Shown: positions 61,479-64,000 of the stretch, piece after piece
How the letters are laid out: each line of letters opens with the position of its first letter
Position numbering within the stretch: position 1 is the stretch's first letter
Assembly: GCA_032128115.1 (NCBI GenBank)
Contig: JAQBHB010000090.1
Span: forward strand, 50,260 to 114,259
Direction: 5' to 3'
Length of the DNA: 64,000 bases
DNA from: Deltaproteobacteria bacterium
GTDB lineage: Bacteria > Myxococcota_A > UBA9160 > SMWR01
Notes under the pieces: generated by a model
Told to the model about the DNA's origin: nothing
Seen by the model: the letters and a program-made list of their open reading frames with translations, nothing else
The model's database searches: none
Program-made: the position numbers and the translations under genes

Positions 61479-61485
61479 GACCTGC

Positions 61486-62451
<966 letters not shown>

Positions 62452-62535
62452 TCTGACCTCCAGGCGGCGTTCCAGGCGCGTGAGGGGCGTCAGCGTATCA
62501 CGCAGTCGCGGTCGTCGAGGAGTCGGCGGGTTACC

Positions 62536-64000
62536 ATGCCCGAACCCATGAGACGACGAAGGTTTCTGTACAGGCACCTGGGGCCCGCCGCGGCCGGTCT
62601 CGTTGCCCTGGTCCTGGCGACTCCTACCGAAACGCCCGGGGCGCCGGCGACGGTGCCCGCGTCGCTGCCCGGCGGCGAGCCGTTCCCAGCTCCGCTGCGC
62701 GCCGGGCTCGCGAAGGCCCTGGAGGAGCGCGGCAGCGACTACGAACCGCGCACTGCCCACCGGCGCGACGACGGCTCGCCGATCTACACCAACCGGCTCC
62801 TGCTGGAGTCGAGTCCCTATCTGCAGCAGCACGCCCACAACCCGGTCAACTGGTACCCGTGGGGCGACGAGGCGTTCGAGGCGGCTCGCGCCCTCGATCG
62901 GCCGGTCCTGGTCAGCATCGGCTACTCCACCTGCCACTGGTGCCACGTGATGGAGGAGGAGTCGTTCGACAATCCGGAAACCGCCCAATACCTGAACGAG
63001 AATTTCATCGCCATCAAGGTCGATCGCGAGGTGCGGCCGGACGTGGACGAAATCTACATGACCGCGATCCAGGCCATGAACCAGCGGGGGGGCTGGCCCC
63101 TCAACGTCTGGGTCACGCCGGACCGCAAGCCCTTCTTCGCCGGCACCTACTTTCCGCCCCGCGATTCGGGCGGACGGCCCGGCTTCCCCACGGTGCTCCG
63201 CTCGATCACCGAGGGCTACGCCCAGGACCGCCAGCGCATCGAGGACAGCGCCGAAACCCTGACTGGCTTGATCCAGAAAGCGCTGGCTGGGGTTTCGGCC
63301 GAGGCCACCCTCGTTCCCGGCGACGCCGTGTTCGAAACGGCGCGTGATCAGGTGGTGCCCCGGGTGGACCTCACGTGGGGCGGTGTCGGGTCGGCGCCCA
63401 AGTTCCCCTCCGGCACGCCTATTCGCTTCCTGCTGCGCTACTACCGCCGCACGGGCGACGAGGAAGCCCTGAAGGCGGCCACGCTCACGCTCGAGAAGAT
63501 GGCGGCCGGAGGCATGTACGACCAGGTGGGCGGCGGCTTCCATCGCTACTCCACCGACGCGCGTTGGCTGGTTCCCCACTTCGAGAAGATGCTATATGAC
63601 AACGCCCTGCTCGGACGGTTGTATCTGAACGCCTATCAGATCACCGGCGACCCGGAGCTTCGGCGCGTTGCCGAGGGCACGCTGGACCACCTTCTCACGG
63701 ACATGCGCGCACCCGAGGGAGGGTTCTACTCCGCGTTGGACGCTGATTCAGAGGGAGAAGAGGGGACCTTTTATGTCTGGACACCCCAGGAAGTGCGTGA
63801 ACTGCTCGACACCGAGGTGGCCGATCTCTTCGTGCGCTGTTACGACGTCAGCGAGAGTGGCAACTTCGAGAAAAGCAACATCCTCCACCTTCCCCACGAC
63901 CTCGACGCGGTCGCCAAGCGCGAGGACGTGAGTCCCGAGGTTTTGCGAGAGCTGCTTCAGGACGCGAGGCATGTCCTGTTGGGGGCCCGAAGCCTCCGAG
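62536..64000 (+). CDS. YyaL/SSP411 thioredoxin-domain + six-hairpin protein, runs off the window
   Basis: Manual translation: [64 protein letters not shown]-terminal RRRRFL. Confidence 0.93.
   Translation, partial: MPEPMRRRRFLYRHLGPAAAGLVALVLATPTETPGAPATVPASLPGGEPFPAPLRAGLAKALEERGSDYEPRTAHRRDDGSPIYTNRLLLESSPYLQQHAHNPVNWYPWGDEAFEAARALDRPVLVSIGYSTCHWCHVMEEESFDNPETAQYLNENFIAIKVDREVRPDVDEIYMTAIQAMNQRGGWPLNVWVTPDRKPFFAGTYFPPRDSGGRPGFPTVLRSITEGYAQDRQRIEDSAETLTGLIQKALAGVSAEATLVPGDAVFETARDQVVPRVDLTWGGVGSAPKFPSGTPIRFLLRYYRRTGDEEALKAATLTLEKMAAGGMYDQVGGGFHRYSTDARWLVPHFEKMLYDNALLGRLYLNAYQITGDPELRRVAEGTLDHLLTDMRAPEGGFYSALDADSEGEEGTFYVWTPQEVRELLDTEVADLFVRCYDVSESGNFEKSNILHLPHDLDAVAKREDVSPEVLRELLQDARHVLLGARSLR

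Noticed and set aside
62452..63579. N-terminal extension of the MBL ORF
   Set aside because: Antisense to the yyaL-like gene; the MBL gene starts at 62451.
63560..64000. Apparent shift toward A/T-ending codons within yyaL (possible chimeric join)
   Set aside because: The frame stays open and family motifs continue; cannot be judged without reads.

Overview
High-GC window from a free-living bacterium. PEP-CTERM genes with a sigma-54 promoter, DUF6178, a Ser/Thr kinase and SPT suggest Myxococcota or a related deltaproteobacterium (inference). Most of 17.8-64 kb is compact housekeeping or metabolic DNA: amidase, a bacterial histone, ggt, SPT, mlaA/mlaC, aconitase, queuosine salvage, nadE, an apaH-like gene, a moaD-AOR-moeA-moeA cluster, an rlmD-like gene, nfuA and yyaL. 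About 3.5-17.7 kb looks accessory. It holds a P-loop/isoaspartyl peptidase pair, a probably 5'-truncated lipase-like gene and IS3, cadherin and PEP-CTERM remnants. Its centre is the best candidate system, a coupled three-gene operon: multi-TIR protein, then a membrane-anchored nSTAND1 NTPase with 16 WD40 repeats, then an RyR/TPR/SLOG-like class III nucleotidyl cyclase with atypical specificity residues. Other signals: a promoter-preceded, richly base-paired ~300-nt intergenic RNA candidate (46.3-46.6 kb), -10 hexamers sitting just before many start codons (leaderless-type), repeated short duplications at gene ends, and an apparent dual Sec/Tat Fe-S aldo-keto reductase. No CRISPR array, rRNA or intact tRNA was seen. 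All calls come from motif recognition by eye; no database searches were run.
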